A DNA stretch of 64,000 nt, taken from contig LJTN01000029.1 in the NCBI GenBank assembly GCA_001303415.1, positions 1,156-65,155 of the forward strand. The letters run 5' to 3'. Position 1 is the stretch's first letter; each line of letters starts with the position of its first letter. The translations under genes were made by a program, and so were the position numbers. The notes beneath the pieces were generated by a model, which was given only the letters and a program-made list of their open reading frames with translations, ran no database searches and was not told the origin of the DNA. Below, piece after piece: positions 27,501 through 36,979 of the stretch. The DNA is from Myxococcales bacterium SG8_38. Lineage in GTDB: Bacteria; Myxococcota_A; Polyangia; Polyangiales; Houyiibacteriaceae.

Positions 27501-29848
27501 GGCAGGGCTTGTCCTGACTCCTCTGTGGGCTCTTTGGGCGCTGGGCTCTGATCCGGTTCGGGCTCGTCAGGTAGCTTCGCGCGGGGTTCCAATTTCTTGA
27601 TGGCGGCTCGCGCCGTGGCGGCATGCGTGCCGGTCGGGTTGCGCTTGATGTAAGTGTAGTAGGCGGATACGGCCTCTTCATTTCGCCCGAGGCGCTCGTA
27701 GGTCCGGGCGAGCTCGAAATAGCCATCCGGGTGCCCTCGCTGTGCCGCCACCCGGAAATAGCGCAACGCCGATGCGTAATCCTCGGTGCCCACGGAGACC
27801 TGGCCGAGCGCGTCCATGGCGTCCGCCGAGCCGGGTTTGACCTCGAGCGCGCTGTCGAAAAATGCTCGTGCCCGCGCATAGTTTCCAGCCGCCAGCTCGT
27901 CCCAACCACGGCTCATGTACCATTCGTAGTCGCGCACCGGCGGCCGGCCGTCCACGAAAGCGTCGCTCCCAGCCGCTCTGGAAAGCTGATCGTACTCATC
28001 GTAGCGAGGCTTGCGTTCGGTCGCCGGCTTGGTGCTCCCCTTGCTCGAAGCCTCGCCCTTCGCCGGCGCCTCCGCCCGCGGGGAAGGCGATTTCTTCGCC
28101 GGAGCAGCGGTAGGCTCCGGCGCAGCCACCGGCGCCGTCTCCGTCCCTTTCTCAGGCTCTGCCGCCCCCGGGGCCTCAGGCGTCGTCTCCGGCGCGCCCT
28201 CAAGCGCCCCCGTCTCTGTCCCTGTCCCTGCCGCTGTCTCTGCCGCTGTACCTGCCGCTGCTCCTGCCCCTGTCTCTGCCGCTGCTCCTGCCGCTTCCTC
28301 CGAAGCCTCCGCCTCCCACTCCGCGAGCAGCTTTGCCGCCACCGGATGCCCGGGCTGCTCCGCGAGAATCGAATCTAGCGCGTCCTTGGCCCGGGCGTCG
28401 TTCCCCGCAGCCCGCTCGGCGCGCGCCATCAACAAGACGAATCGCGTTCCGCTCGACGAGAGCTCGGCGGCCTGTCTCGCGCTTTCCAAGCCATGCTCCA
28501 GCCCTCCGCCCGCTTCGGCGGCGCTCAACCTGGCGTCGATGCGGAACGCCTCTGCCGTGCGGCTGAAAGACATGGCGCGTGCTTGCTCGAGCGCTGCTCG
28601 CGCGGACGAAAGCTCTCCGGAAAGCCGAAACGCATCTGCCTCGGCGAGCTTCGCATCGATGCTCTGCGGATCGAGCGCGGTCGCGCGCTGCGCCAGAGTG
28701 AGCGCCGCCGTCGTGTGTGGCGCAACGGCCTCGGCTGGGGCTCCCTCATCCGATCGTGCCTGCGCGGCGAGCGCATGCGCGTTGGAAAGCTTTGCCAGAA
28801 GCTCCGGGTCTCCGTCTCCGCCAGTCTCCACGGCGCGGCCGTACGCCTCGATCGCATTTTCGTAGGCGTCGATGTGACCGAGTGCCAGGCTGGCATCGCC
28901 TTCCGTGATGCCGGCTGCGATGACCGCTGGATCGCTGCCAATGCCTGCCAACCGCGCAACACGCTCCCATTGCGCGGCCACCAATGCCAACCCGCCCACG
29001 ATGACGATCAACAGCAGCCAGCCGAGCGGCGACCACCCGCGCCCGGGAAGCTCTGGAATGTCATCGTCGTCGTCGAAGTAGCCCGGCGTGCTGCGCCGGG
29101 CGGTGGGCCGCGAAGGCTCCTCGAATACGGCGTCCTCGATCCGCATCGAGGAATCCCGCAACGCCTCCAGATCAGGCGACGGCTGGGGCGCGGGCGGCGC
29201 CTCCGAATCCAGCTCCAATTTCTGCTCCCATTCCTCCCAAGTCGCCGGCACAAGCTCCGGCTCCCAGTCGGCCGCCGATGCACGCTCCGATAGCGATTCC
29301 AACTCCGACTCCGGCGCAACCTTGGGTGCTGAGGCTGGCTCTGAAGCTGGCCCTGACGTCGACACCGACCCTTCCTCCTCTCTCCATACGGGCGACACGC
29401 CGAGGAGCGTCGGTTGCCGAAGGCGTCTCCCGGGCGGCACGCTCGACTCCCGGCCCACGGACTTGCGTCCGGCAGGCGTCGGGGGCAGTGGCGAGGGAGT
29501 CCTGGGGGACCGGATCTGCACCCCGGCTGCCTGGAAGAACGTGTCGAGCTCCGGGATCGATCCGAGCTTCTTCCAGGCTTCCTCGCCGCGCGCGATCTCG
29601 TCCTCCGGTCTGAGCTCCCCCGCGGCAATCCGCCGTTGCAGCTCGCGCAGCGACTCGATGACGTCGGTCATCCCGTCGGGACGCTTCACCCGCCACGCGT
29701 TGGCGGCTCGCCCGGCGTCGTCCACGCCGCCCGGGTACACCTTGAAGACGTGACCGCAGTTCGTGCATTTCACGCTGGTTCCTCGAACGGAAAGCAGCGT
29801 CTCGTCGAATTCGTATTCCGTGCTGCAGCGCTCGCAAATGACGTCCAT
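27497..29848 (-). CDS. MJ0042-type zinc-ribbon protein with GYF_2-like segment, one TM helix, TPR repeats and an Ala/Gly/Thr/Glu-rich low-complexity region
   Basis: MDVICERCSTEYEFDE..VKCTNCGHVFKV (CxxC...CxxC). WSPLGWLLLIVIVGGLALVAA is the TM helix. The C-terminal TPRs include GNYARARAFFDSALEVKPGSADA and GRNEEAVSAYYTYIKRNP. Confidence 0.75.
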   Translation of the reverse strand: MDVICERCSTEYEFDETLLSVRGTSVKCTNCGHVFKVYPGGVDDAGRAANAWRVKRPDGMTDVIESLRELQRRIAAGELRPEDEIARGEEAWKKLGSIPELDTFFQAAGVQIRSPRTPSPLPPTPAGRKSVGRESSVPPGRRLRQPTLLGVSPVWREEEGSVSTSGPASEPASAPKVAPESELESLSERASAADWEPELVPATWEEWEQKLELDSEAPPAPQPSPDLEALRDSSMRIEDAVFEEPSRPTARRSTPGYFDDDDDIPELPGRGWSPLGWLLLIVIVGGLALVAAQWERVARLAGIGSDPAVIAAGITEGDASLALGHIDAYENAIEAYGRAVETGGDGDPELLAKLSNAHALAAQARSDEGAPAEAVAPHTTAALTLAQRATALDPQSIDAKLAEADAFRLSGELSSARAALEQARAMSFSRTAEAFRIDARLSAAEAGGGLEHGLESARQAAELSSSGTRFVLLMARAERAAGNDARAKDALDSILAEQPGHPVAAKLLAEWEAEASEEAAGAAAETGAGAAAGTAAETAAGTGTETGALEGAPETTPEAPGAAEPEKGTETAPVAAPEPTAAPAKKSPSPRAEAPAKGEASSKGSTKPATERKPRYDEYDQLSRAAGSDAFVDGRPPVRDYEWYMSRGWDELAAGNYARARAFFDSALEVKPGSADAMDALGQVSVGTEDYASALRYFRVAAQRGHPDGYFELARTYERLGRNEEAVSAYYTYIKRNPTGTHAATARAAIKKLEPRAKLPDEPEPDQSPAPKEPTEESGQALP
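28208..28300 (-). repeat. Imperfect short tandem repeats (CTGCCGCTG-type units) encoding an AAGTAAETGAGAAA-type tract
   Basis: Read directly: gtctctgtccctgtccctgccgctgtctctgccgctgtacctgccgctgctcctgcccctgtctctgccgctgctcctgccgc. Confidence 0.6.
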
Positions 29849-29916
29849 CAGTAGAGAAGCCCCCCCGGCTTGCTTGGTGGTACGGTCCGTGGGCGCGCGC
29901 TACGACAACGCTGCCC

Positions 29917-30588
29917 ATGCGACACGACTTGGCCGCCCTCATCGACCACACGTTGCTGCGTCCCGACGCAACGCGTCCCGATTTCGAGCGCTTGTGTCAG
30001 GAAGCGGCCCAACACCGTTTTGCGGCAGTGTGTGTCAACTCGGCCCACGTCGCGTTTTGTACCGCACTGTTGCAAGACTGCCAGTTGGCGGTGGCAGCCA
30101 CCGTCGGGTTTCCACTCGGATCGAGCAGCACGGCCTCAAAACGTGCCGAGACGGCCCAAGCCGTCCGAGATGGCGCTGCCGAGATCGACATGGTGTGCCG
30201 AATCGATGCCCTCAAAGAGGGTCACCGCGCGCTCTTCATCGACGACATCGCGCAAACCGTCGGAGCCGCCGATGGCCGTCCAGTCAAGGTGATCCTGGAG
30301 ACCTGCCTTCTCACCGATGAGGAAAAGCGGCGGGGCGCACACTGGGCGAGGGCCGCCGGAGCCGCCTTTGTGAAGACTTCGACGGGCTTTTTGGGCGGAG
30401 GCGCCACCGAGCACGACGTCCGCTTGTTGCGCGCTGAGTTGGGCGGTGATTTCGGCATCAAAGCATCCGGCGGTATTCGCGATGCAGCCGCCGCCGACCG
30501 CTTGATCAGGGCCGGGGCCAATCGCCTCGGAACGAGCGCCGGTGTCGCGATCGTGACAGAATCGAGTGAGGAGGATAGGGAATACTGA
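29917..30588 (+). CDS. deoC: Deoxyribose-phosphate aldolase
   Basis: LIDHTLLRPDAT, AAVCVN, VKVILET and FVKTSTGF (Schiff-base Lys region). Confidence 0.9.
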   Translation: MRHDLAALIDHTLLRPDATRPDFERLCQEAAQHRFAAVCVNSAHVAFCTALLQDCQLAVAATVGFPLGSSSTASKRAETAQAVRDGAAEIDMVCRIDALKEGHRALFIDDIAQTVGAADGRPVKVILETCLLTDEEKRRGAHWARAAGAAFVKTSTGFLGGGATEHDVRLLRAELGGDFGIKASGGIRDAAAADRLIRAGANRLGTSAGVAIVTESSEEDREY

Positions 30589-30589
30589 T

Positions 30590-31228
30590 ATGACGGTTCA
30601 TTCGGTCACCGATGCCACTTTCGAAGCCGAGGTCTTGCGCTCGGAGCTGCCGGTTCTGGTAGACCTGTACGCGGATTGGTGCGGCCCGTGTAAGCAGTTG
30701 TCGCCCATCGTCGCGCAGGTCTCGGATGAGCTCGCGGGCAAGATCAAAGCCGTCAAGGTCGACGTGGACCGAAACCCCATGATCGCGCAGACGTTTCGCG
30801 CCACTTCGATTCCGATGCTGCTCGTCATCGCGCAGGGCAGGGTGGTGCAGCACCACGTGGGGGTGCTCGACAAGCCCTCTCTCTTGCGCCTCCTCGAGCC
30901 GGTGTTGCCGCGGTCGGCCGCCGAGGTTCGGCCGGAAGAGCTGGCGCTCTGGATCAAGCAAGGAAAGGCGCTTCCGGTGGACATTCGCGACGCTGCTTCG
31001 TACAGCCGATACCGCATCCCGACGGCGATCCACATTCCGGCTAGCGAGCTGGCGAGCCGCACCAAAGAGCTTCAGCCTTTCGACGGCCGGGTTCGAGTCC
31101 TCTACGGCCGCAGCGACGAAGCCAAGGAATGGGGCGAGCGGTTGCAGGCGGACGGCGTGCAGGTGGGGTTCCTCGCGGGTGGTTTTTTGCACTGGGAAGC
31201 CGACGGCCTGGAAGTCGAGCGCGGTTGA
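30590..31228 (+). CDS. Thioredoxin fused to a rhodanese-like domain
   Basis: Trx active site WCGPC (VLVDLYADWCGPCKQL). The C-terminal PVDIRDAASYSRYRIPTAIHIP...GFLAGGFLHWEADG is rhodanese-like. ATG 30590 follows GAGGAGGA. Confidence 0.8.
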   Translation: MTVHSVTDATFEAEVLRSELPVLVDLYADWCGPCKQLSPIVAQVSDELAGKIKAVKVDVDRNPMIAQTFRATSIPMLLVIAQGRVVQHHVGVLDKPSLLRLLEPVLPRSAAEVRPEELALWIKQGKALPVDIRDAASYSRYRIPTAIHIPASELASRTKELQPFDGRVRVLYGRSDEAKEWGERLQADGVQVGFLAGGFLHWEADGLEVERG

Positions 31229-31569
31229 AGCGAGCGCTGCAGATCCTGGGCGGCAACGCCTCGGCTCGCTCGGCACCGCCGGTCTTCGTTCGAGTTGGCT
31301 CGCGCATCGTCTCCGTGTCCGATGCAGGAGACGGCTCAGCGGCCCGCACCTTTGTAGCTTCGTTGACGGCGGCCGGCGCCGAGCCGATCGACCGGGAAAT
31401 CGAGCCACGCCCCGACGACCGACTCGTCATTCGAACGACTCCTGCCTCGCCCGAGGCGCAGCTTCGAGCCGAGGCGCTCGAAGAGGCGGCGGATGTGGTT
31501 CTGGGATCCGTTCGGCCCACGTTCGCCGTGCTTTTTGCCGCGGCTTGCGCGCGCGGGGCCAACAGCTAG
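31225..31569 (+). CDS. Hypothetical protein (114 aa), possibly translationally coupled to the thioredoxin-rhodanese gene
   Basis: TTG 31225 overlaps the upstream TGA. The frame has roughly 75 percent GC3 by hand count. No recognisable motif. The competing ORF 31179..32066 runs out of frame into citrate synthase. Confidence 0.4.
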   Translation: MKRALQILGGNASARSAPPVFVRVGSRIVSVSDAGDGSAARTFVASLTAAGAEPIDREIEPRPDDRLVIRTTPASPEAQLRAEALEEAADVVLGSVRPTFAVLFAAACARGANS

Positions 31570-31596
31570 GTTGCCGGCCGACATTTCAGCCCGAAA

Positions 31597-32754
<1,158 letters not shown>

Positions 32755-32758
32755 GGAT

Positions 32759-33841
32759 CTACGGCTTGCAGTTCGGTAACCGTCCTTCCACGAGGTCGAC
32801 GGTCCAGCGAATCTGCCTTTCTGCTTTGGGTGTCATGTAGACCTTGCAGTCCGCGCCGACGATGACCGCGTCGGCGGGGTAGGCGATGCGGCTCAACATC
32901 TTGAGCCCCTTCTCCGGCCCCAGCACGAAGACCGCCGTGCTCAGCGCGTCGGCGTAGATGCCCTCGGCGGTCATGATCGTCACAGATAGCGACTTGTCGG
33001 CCGGGCGTCCGGTCCTCGTATCGATGATGTGGTGCCAACGTTTGCCGGAGCCGTCGAAAACCGCGCGCTCATAGTCGCCGGAAGTCGAAAACGAAGCGCC
33101 CGTCGATTCGAGCGCAGCAAAATAGCTGCTCGGGTCGCGAGGATGTTGAATCCCAACGCGCCAGGGACGGCCGTCGCGCTTGCCGTGCACCTGGACCTGT
33201 CCTCCACCGTAAATCATGTAGTTGCTGACCCCTCCGCCTCTCAGGATGGCGCCCGCGTGATCGAGCGCGTAACCCTTGGCGATTCCACCCGTGCCAATCG
33301 CCATGCCGCGCTTCTTCAGGAACACGCTGCTGTACCTCGTGCTGACGCGAATGTTCTCGTAGTCGATTAGCTTCACATGCGGCTGGATCTCTTCCGGCTT
33401 CGGGATCTTGATCGAGTCGGGACGAAAATCGTAGAGGCCCCACAACGCAGCCCAGGAAAGGTCGAACGCGCCGCGCGACCACATCGACACGTCCAGACCC
33501 GCGTCGACGACGCGAAGCGTGTCATCGCTCACTTTCACGGGCTTCTTGCCCGCCGCAGCGTTGATCTTGGAGATATCGCTATCCTCACGCCATTCGGAGA
33601 GCAACGACTCTAGACGCTCGATCTCTTCGAAGGCGCGACGCACCACCTGCTCCGCATTGTCGGGCGGCGACTGCACCTCGATGCGAAACACCGTGCTCAT
33701 CAGCGGACGCGTGCGCGTCAGCAGAGGGGTGCCATCGGACTCGGACACCTCGTTGGGTGGCGACGGCTCGTCTGTCGCTCGCTGGCGTTCGCAACCAAAG
33801 CCAAATGCGAGCAATGCGATTGCGGCGCATGCACGAAGCAC
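32759..33841 (-). CDS. apbE: FAD:protein FMN transferase ApbE (lipoprotein)
   Basis: I chose GTG 33841 (MLRACAAIALLAFGFGC lipobox). MSTVFRIEV, ISKINAAAG, GGIAKGYALD, STSGDYER, HHIIDTRTG and ADALSTAVFVLG. The 533-aa ORF extension is not credible. Confidence 0.85.
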   Translation of the reverse strand: MLRACAAIALLAFGFGCERQRATDEPSPPNEVSESDGTPLLTRTRPLMSTVFRIEVQSPPDNAEQVVRRAFEEIERLESLLSEWREDSDISKINAAAGKKPVKVSDDTLRVVDAGLDVSMWSRGAFDLSWAALWGLYDFRPDSIKIPKPEEIQPHVKLIDYENIRVSTRYSSVFLKKRGMAIGTGGIAKGYALDHAGAILRGGGVSNYMIYGGGQVQVHGKRDGRPWRVGIQHPRDPSSYFAALESTGASFSTSGDYERAVFDGSGKRWHHIIDTRTGRPADKSLSVTIMTAEGIYADALSTAVFVLGPEKGLKMLSRIAYPADAVIVGADCKVYMTPKAERQIRWTVDLVEGRLPNCKP

Positions 33842-33911
33842 CGCGCAACTCTCGTCGTGAACTCCGGCTCCGTCAACCCGGCTTGCGCTTTGCCCCACGG
33901 TTGGTACGTCT

Positions 33912-34685
33912 GTGCAGATGCAGAGGGTCTTGGGGACGCAGGGGGGCCGCCTGTTGCTGATACTGGCCTGCTTTTCAGTGTGTCCGGTCCATCGTGTAGC
34001 CGCATTCGGCGACGCCACCGGGGTGGAGCTCGTCTCTCTCGACCTGAGCCAGGAGGTCGATGATGCACAAAACATGGCCGAACGGCTCGCGTGGGAGGTC
34101 CGCAAGCGCACCAGCGTAGAGCCAGTCTTGGAGCCCGGCCGCGCGCGCCTCGACAAGGCATCGCTCTTTCGAAGCCCCTTCCTGTATTGGCGTGGCAGCG
34201 AAGACTTTCCACCACTGAGCGAGGAGGCCATCGACGCCCTTCGAAAGTACGTCCATCGCGGAGGCTTCATCTTGATCGATGACGCCACGGCAGGCGGAGA
34301 AGCATTCGACCGTGCGGTTCGGCGGGAGCTTCTACGCGCGTTTCCCGCGCTCCCTCTCAAGGCGATTGCGTCGGATCACACCATCTATCGGTCGTTCTAC
34401 TTGCTTCAACGCCCCGTTGGGCGCGTGCAGGGCCCTGCGTTTCTCGAGGGCGTCACGTATGGAGACCGCATCGCCATCGTGTACTCGCGCCACGATCTCG
34501 GAGGTGCGTTACAGCGGGACAAGCTCGGCGCGTGGAGCCAGGCGGTCGTGCCCGGCGGAGAAGGTCAGCGCGAGCGCGCCATTCGGTTGGGCGTCAACCT
34601 CGTGCTGTACGCCCTTTGTACCGACTACAAAGACGATCAAGTGCACGCGCCCTTCATCATGAGGCGCCGGGGCGCGGGGCCCTGA
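33912..34685 (+). CDS. DUF4159-family protein (Bat/MoxR-associated)
   Basis: Signal or anchor segment, then SPFLYWRGSEDFPPLSEEAIDALRKYVHRGGFILIDD..IYRSFYLL..VYSRHDLGGA..AIRLGVNLVLYAL. This matches my recollection of DUF4159. The family assignment was not checked against any database. Confidence 0.65.
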   Translation: MQMQRVLGTQGGRLLLILACFSVCPVHRVAAFGDATGVELVSLDLSQEVDDAQNMAERLAWEVRKRTSVEPVLEPGRARLDKASLFRSPFLYWRGSEDFPPLSEEAIDALRKYVHRGGFILIDDATAGGEAFDRAVRRELLRAFPALPLKAIASDHTIYRSFYLLQRPVGRVQGPAFLEGVTYGDRIAIVYSRHDLGGALQRDKLGAWSQAVVPGGEGQRERAIRLGVNLVLYALCTDYKDDQVHAPFIMRRRGAGP

Positions 34686-34688
34686 GGT

Positions 34689-36905
34689 TTGAGCGTGTCG
34701 GATTGGGAGTGGCAGCTCGGCATCCTCGGCGGGAGCACGGCCGCTTGGGTCTTGGGTCTTGCCTTGCTGGCGTTGTGGCTCTTCGAGCTGCGATCGATTC
34801 GCGGGGAGGGGAACCCTCGGCGGCGCGTTGCGCTCGGCATGCTGGGCGGACTGGGAATTCTGGCGGTCTATCTCCTGGCGCTCCAGATCACGCTCGTTCG
34901 CGAAACCTTCGAGGAAGTGGCGGGAGGAACTGCCGTCCTGGTCGACAGCTCACGCAGCATGACGCTCTCCGGCACGAGCGGACGGAGGAGCGACGCCGTG
35001 CGCGCGCTCATCTCCGAGTGGCAACGCGACGATCGGGTGAGCCCGGCTGTCTACCTCTTCGGCTCGAGCACACGCGGCGCCGCGTGGAATGGCTTGGCCG
35101 AAGGCTACGAGCCGACGGATGACGAAACCGACATCCATCGCGCGCTGAGCTACGTGCTGGACAAGGGCACGGACCAAGACTTGGGATCGATCGTGGTCAT
35201 CACCGATGGAGCCGATGATGATTTCACCGCTGCTTCACTCGGGCTGGGATCGGTCGCGCCTGCCATTCACGCCGTCGTCGTCGGTGGTGACGATCCGCTC
35301 GACGACCAAGCGGTGGTCTCGCTTCGCGCCGATGCGACCGCGTATGTCAGTGTTCCGGCGGTAATTCGCGCCGACCTGCGGGCTGTCGGCGCATTGCGCC
35401 AAGTCGACCTTCGCGTGCAGCTCTGGCACGAAAGCCGACTCGAGCAAGAGAGCTTGGCGACTCTCGACGAGAACGGCCGGGCCACCGTCACCTTCGAGGT
35501 GATTCCCCGGCGGACTGGACGGGCCCTCTACCGCGTGTTGATTCCAGTCGCCGACAATGACGAGGTGCCCGAGAACAATGATCGTGCCGCCTTGCTCCGG
35601 GTGGGACGCGAGCGGCTACGAGCGTTGCTCGTCGCAGGAAGACCGAGCTGGGACGTACGGTTCTTGAGGGACTTCCTCAAGCGGGATGGCTCTATCGATC
35701 TCGTGTCCTTCTTCATTCTTCGCACGGCTGCAGATCTCACGGCTGCACCGACTCAAGAGCTCGCGTTGATCCCATTTCCTACCGACGAGCTGTTTCGGGA
35801 GCATTTGGGCAGCTTCGATGTGGTGATCTTTCAAAACTTCGACTACGCGCCCTACGAGATGGCCGCTTACCTTCCTCGTATCCGCGACTACGTGCAGCGT
35901 GGCGGATCCTTCGTCATGGTCGGCGGCGACCGATCGTTCGCAGAGGGCCGCTATGCAGGGACCCCCATCGAAGAAGTGTTGCCCGTCGAGCTTGGGGCAG
36001 CGAGGATCATCAAGGGGAGCTACAAGGCGGAGGTGAACGAGGCGCTTGCGAGGCATCCCATCGTGGCGCTCGGCCCCGATGCATCTCTCACGCAACAGAC
36101 GTGGAAGTCTCTTCCCAGCTTGCACGGTGCCAACGTCGTTGGTGACGTCGAGGAAGACGGACAGGTCTTGTTGCGGCACCCACGAGCCCGGCTAGGCAAC
36201 GGGAGGCCCCTACCGATTCTGGTGGTCGGCGAGGCGGGTAGAGGACGCGTCGCGGCATTCATGACCGATGCATCATGGCGTTGGCGGTTCGCGGCGGATG
36301 ATGTCACGGTCGGGTCGGACGAATACGAGCTGTTCTGGGATCGCATGATTCGCTGGCTCACGCGTGACCCGCTGCTCGAGCCTGCCAGACTCTCGACTGA
36401 CCGCGAGCGGTACGGGGTAGGGGGCGAGATGATCGTCTCGGGAAGGCTGAGAGACGAACGCTACCGGCCGATGAGCAGCGTACCGGTCGAGCTCAATTTT
36501 TCCCCCGCCACGAGCGAAGAGGCCGCGAAGGTCACCAATACCGATGCGGAGGGTGAGCTTCGCACGACGTTGCGCGCGCCCGATGCCCCAGGAGCCTACG
36601 AGATCATCGCATCGGTCGAAGACGAGGTGGTGGCGCGCGAGGTGTTCATCGTCGAGCAAAGCGGGGACGAGCTCGCGGACCTCGAGACGCGGCCCGACGA
36701 GCTTCGCGGGCTGGCGGAGCGAACCGGAGGACGTCTGTTCCTCGGTATCGAGGATGTTCCGCCGCTGTCCGAGCTTGCATCGACGAGCCGCCGTGCCGCG
36801 GGTCTCGTGTCCAAAGAGCCGCTCTCCAACCCTTGGTTCATCTTGCTCGCCATCCTGGTGCTCGGCGCCGGCTGGGTTCTGAGGAGGCGATGGGGACGCC
36901 GCTAA
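34689..36905 (+). CDS. Membrane protein: BatA_N-type double-TM N-terminus, vWA (MIDAS) domain, GATase1-like domain and C-terminal TM helix
   Basis: Two N-terminal TM helices. The MIDAS-like motif is VLVDSSRSMTLSG. ALLVAGRPSWDVRFL..FDVVIFQNFDY..GGSFVMVGGDRSF is the GATase-like fold. The C-terminal anchor is WFILLAILVLGAGWVL. TTG start. Confidence 0.7.
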   Translation: MSVSDWEWQLGILGGSTAAWVLGLALLALWLFELRSIRGEGNPRRRVALGMLGGLGILAVYLLALQITLVRETFEEVAGGTAVLVDSSRSMTLSGTSGRRSDAVRALISEWQRDDRVSPAVYLFGSSTRGAAWNGLAEGYEPTDDETDIHRALSYVLDKGTDQDLGSIVVITDGADDDFTAASLGLGSVAPAIHAVVVGGDDPLDDQAVVSLRADATAYVSVPAVIRADLRAVGALRQVDLRVQLWHESRLEQESLATLDENGRATVTFEVIPRRTGRALYRVLIPVADNDEVPENNDRAALLRVGRERLRALLVAGRPSWDVRFLRDFLKRDGSIDLVSFFILRTAADLTAAPTQELALIPFPTDELFREHLGSFDVVIFQNFDYAPYEMAAYLPRIRDYVQRGGSFVMVGGDRSFAEGRYAGTPIEEVLPVELGAARIIKGSYKAEVNEALARHPIVALGPDASLTQQTWKSLPSLHGANVVGDVEEDGQVLLRHPRARLGNGRPLPILVVGEAGRGRVAAFMTDASWRWRFAADDVTVGSDEYELFWDRMIRWLTRDPLLEPARLSTDRERYGVGGEMIVSGRLRDERYRPMSSVPVELNFSPATSEEAAKVTNTDAEGELRTTLRAPDAPGAYEIIASVEDEVVAREVFIVEQSGDELADLETRPDELRGLAERTGGRLFLGIEDVPPLSELASTSRRAAGLVSKEPLSNPWFILLAILVLGAGWVLRRRWGRR

Positions 36906-36907
36906 TC

Positions 36908-36933
36908 GCAGCGGCTTTTGCGTGCGCCGCTGC
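36908..36933 (+). terminator. Hairpin GCAGCGGC-N10-GCCGCTGC just after the stop codon (weak terminator candidate, no U-tract)
   Basis: An 8-bp perfect stem read directly from the sequence, 3 nt after TAA 36903-36905. Confidence 0.25.
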
Positions 36934-36979
36934 TGCCCTGGACATCGGCTGAGGCCATCCTACAAATAGCGCTCCCTTC

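Noticed and set aside
33842-34360. N-terminal 173 codons of the 533-aa apbE ORF. The same issue affects 13006-13380 of the 734-aa ORF and 6601-6936 of the 327-aa ORF.
   Set aside because: The extensions are Arg/Ser-rich and overlap neighbouring genes. In each case an internal start gives a clean signal peptide with lipobox.
34681-34703. cctgaggtttgagcgtgtcggat at the DUF4159/vWA gene junction resembles the core of the 57-nt repeat (cctgaggctttgagggcggat).
   Set aside because: Only about 15-17 of 23 positions match, with gaps. It overlaps a stop codon and the next gene's start, so chance similarity is likely. It is not counted as a third copy.
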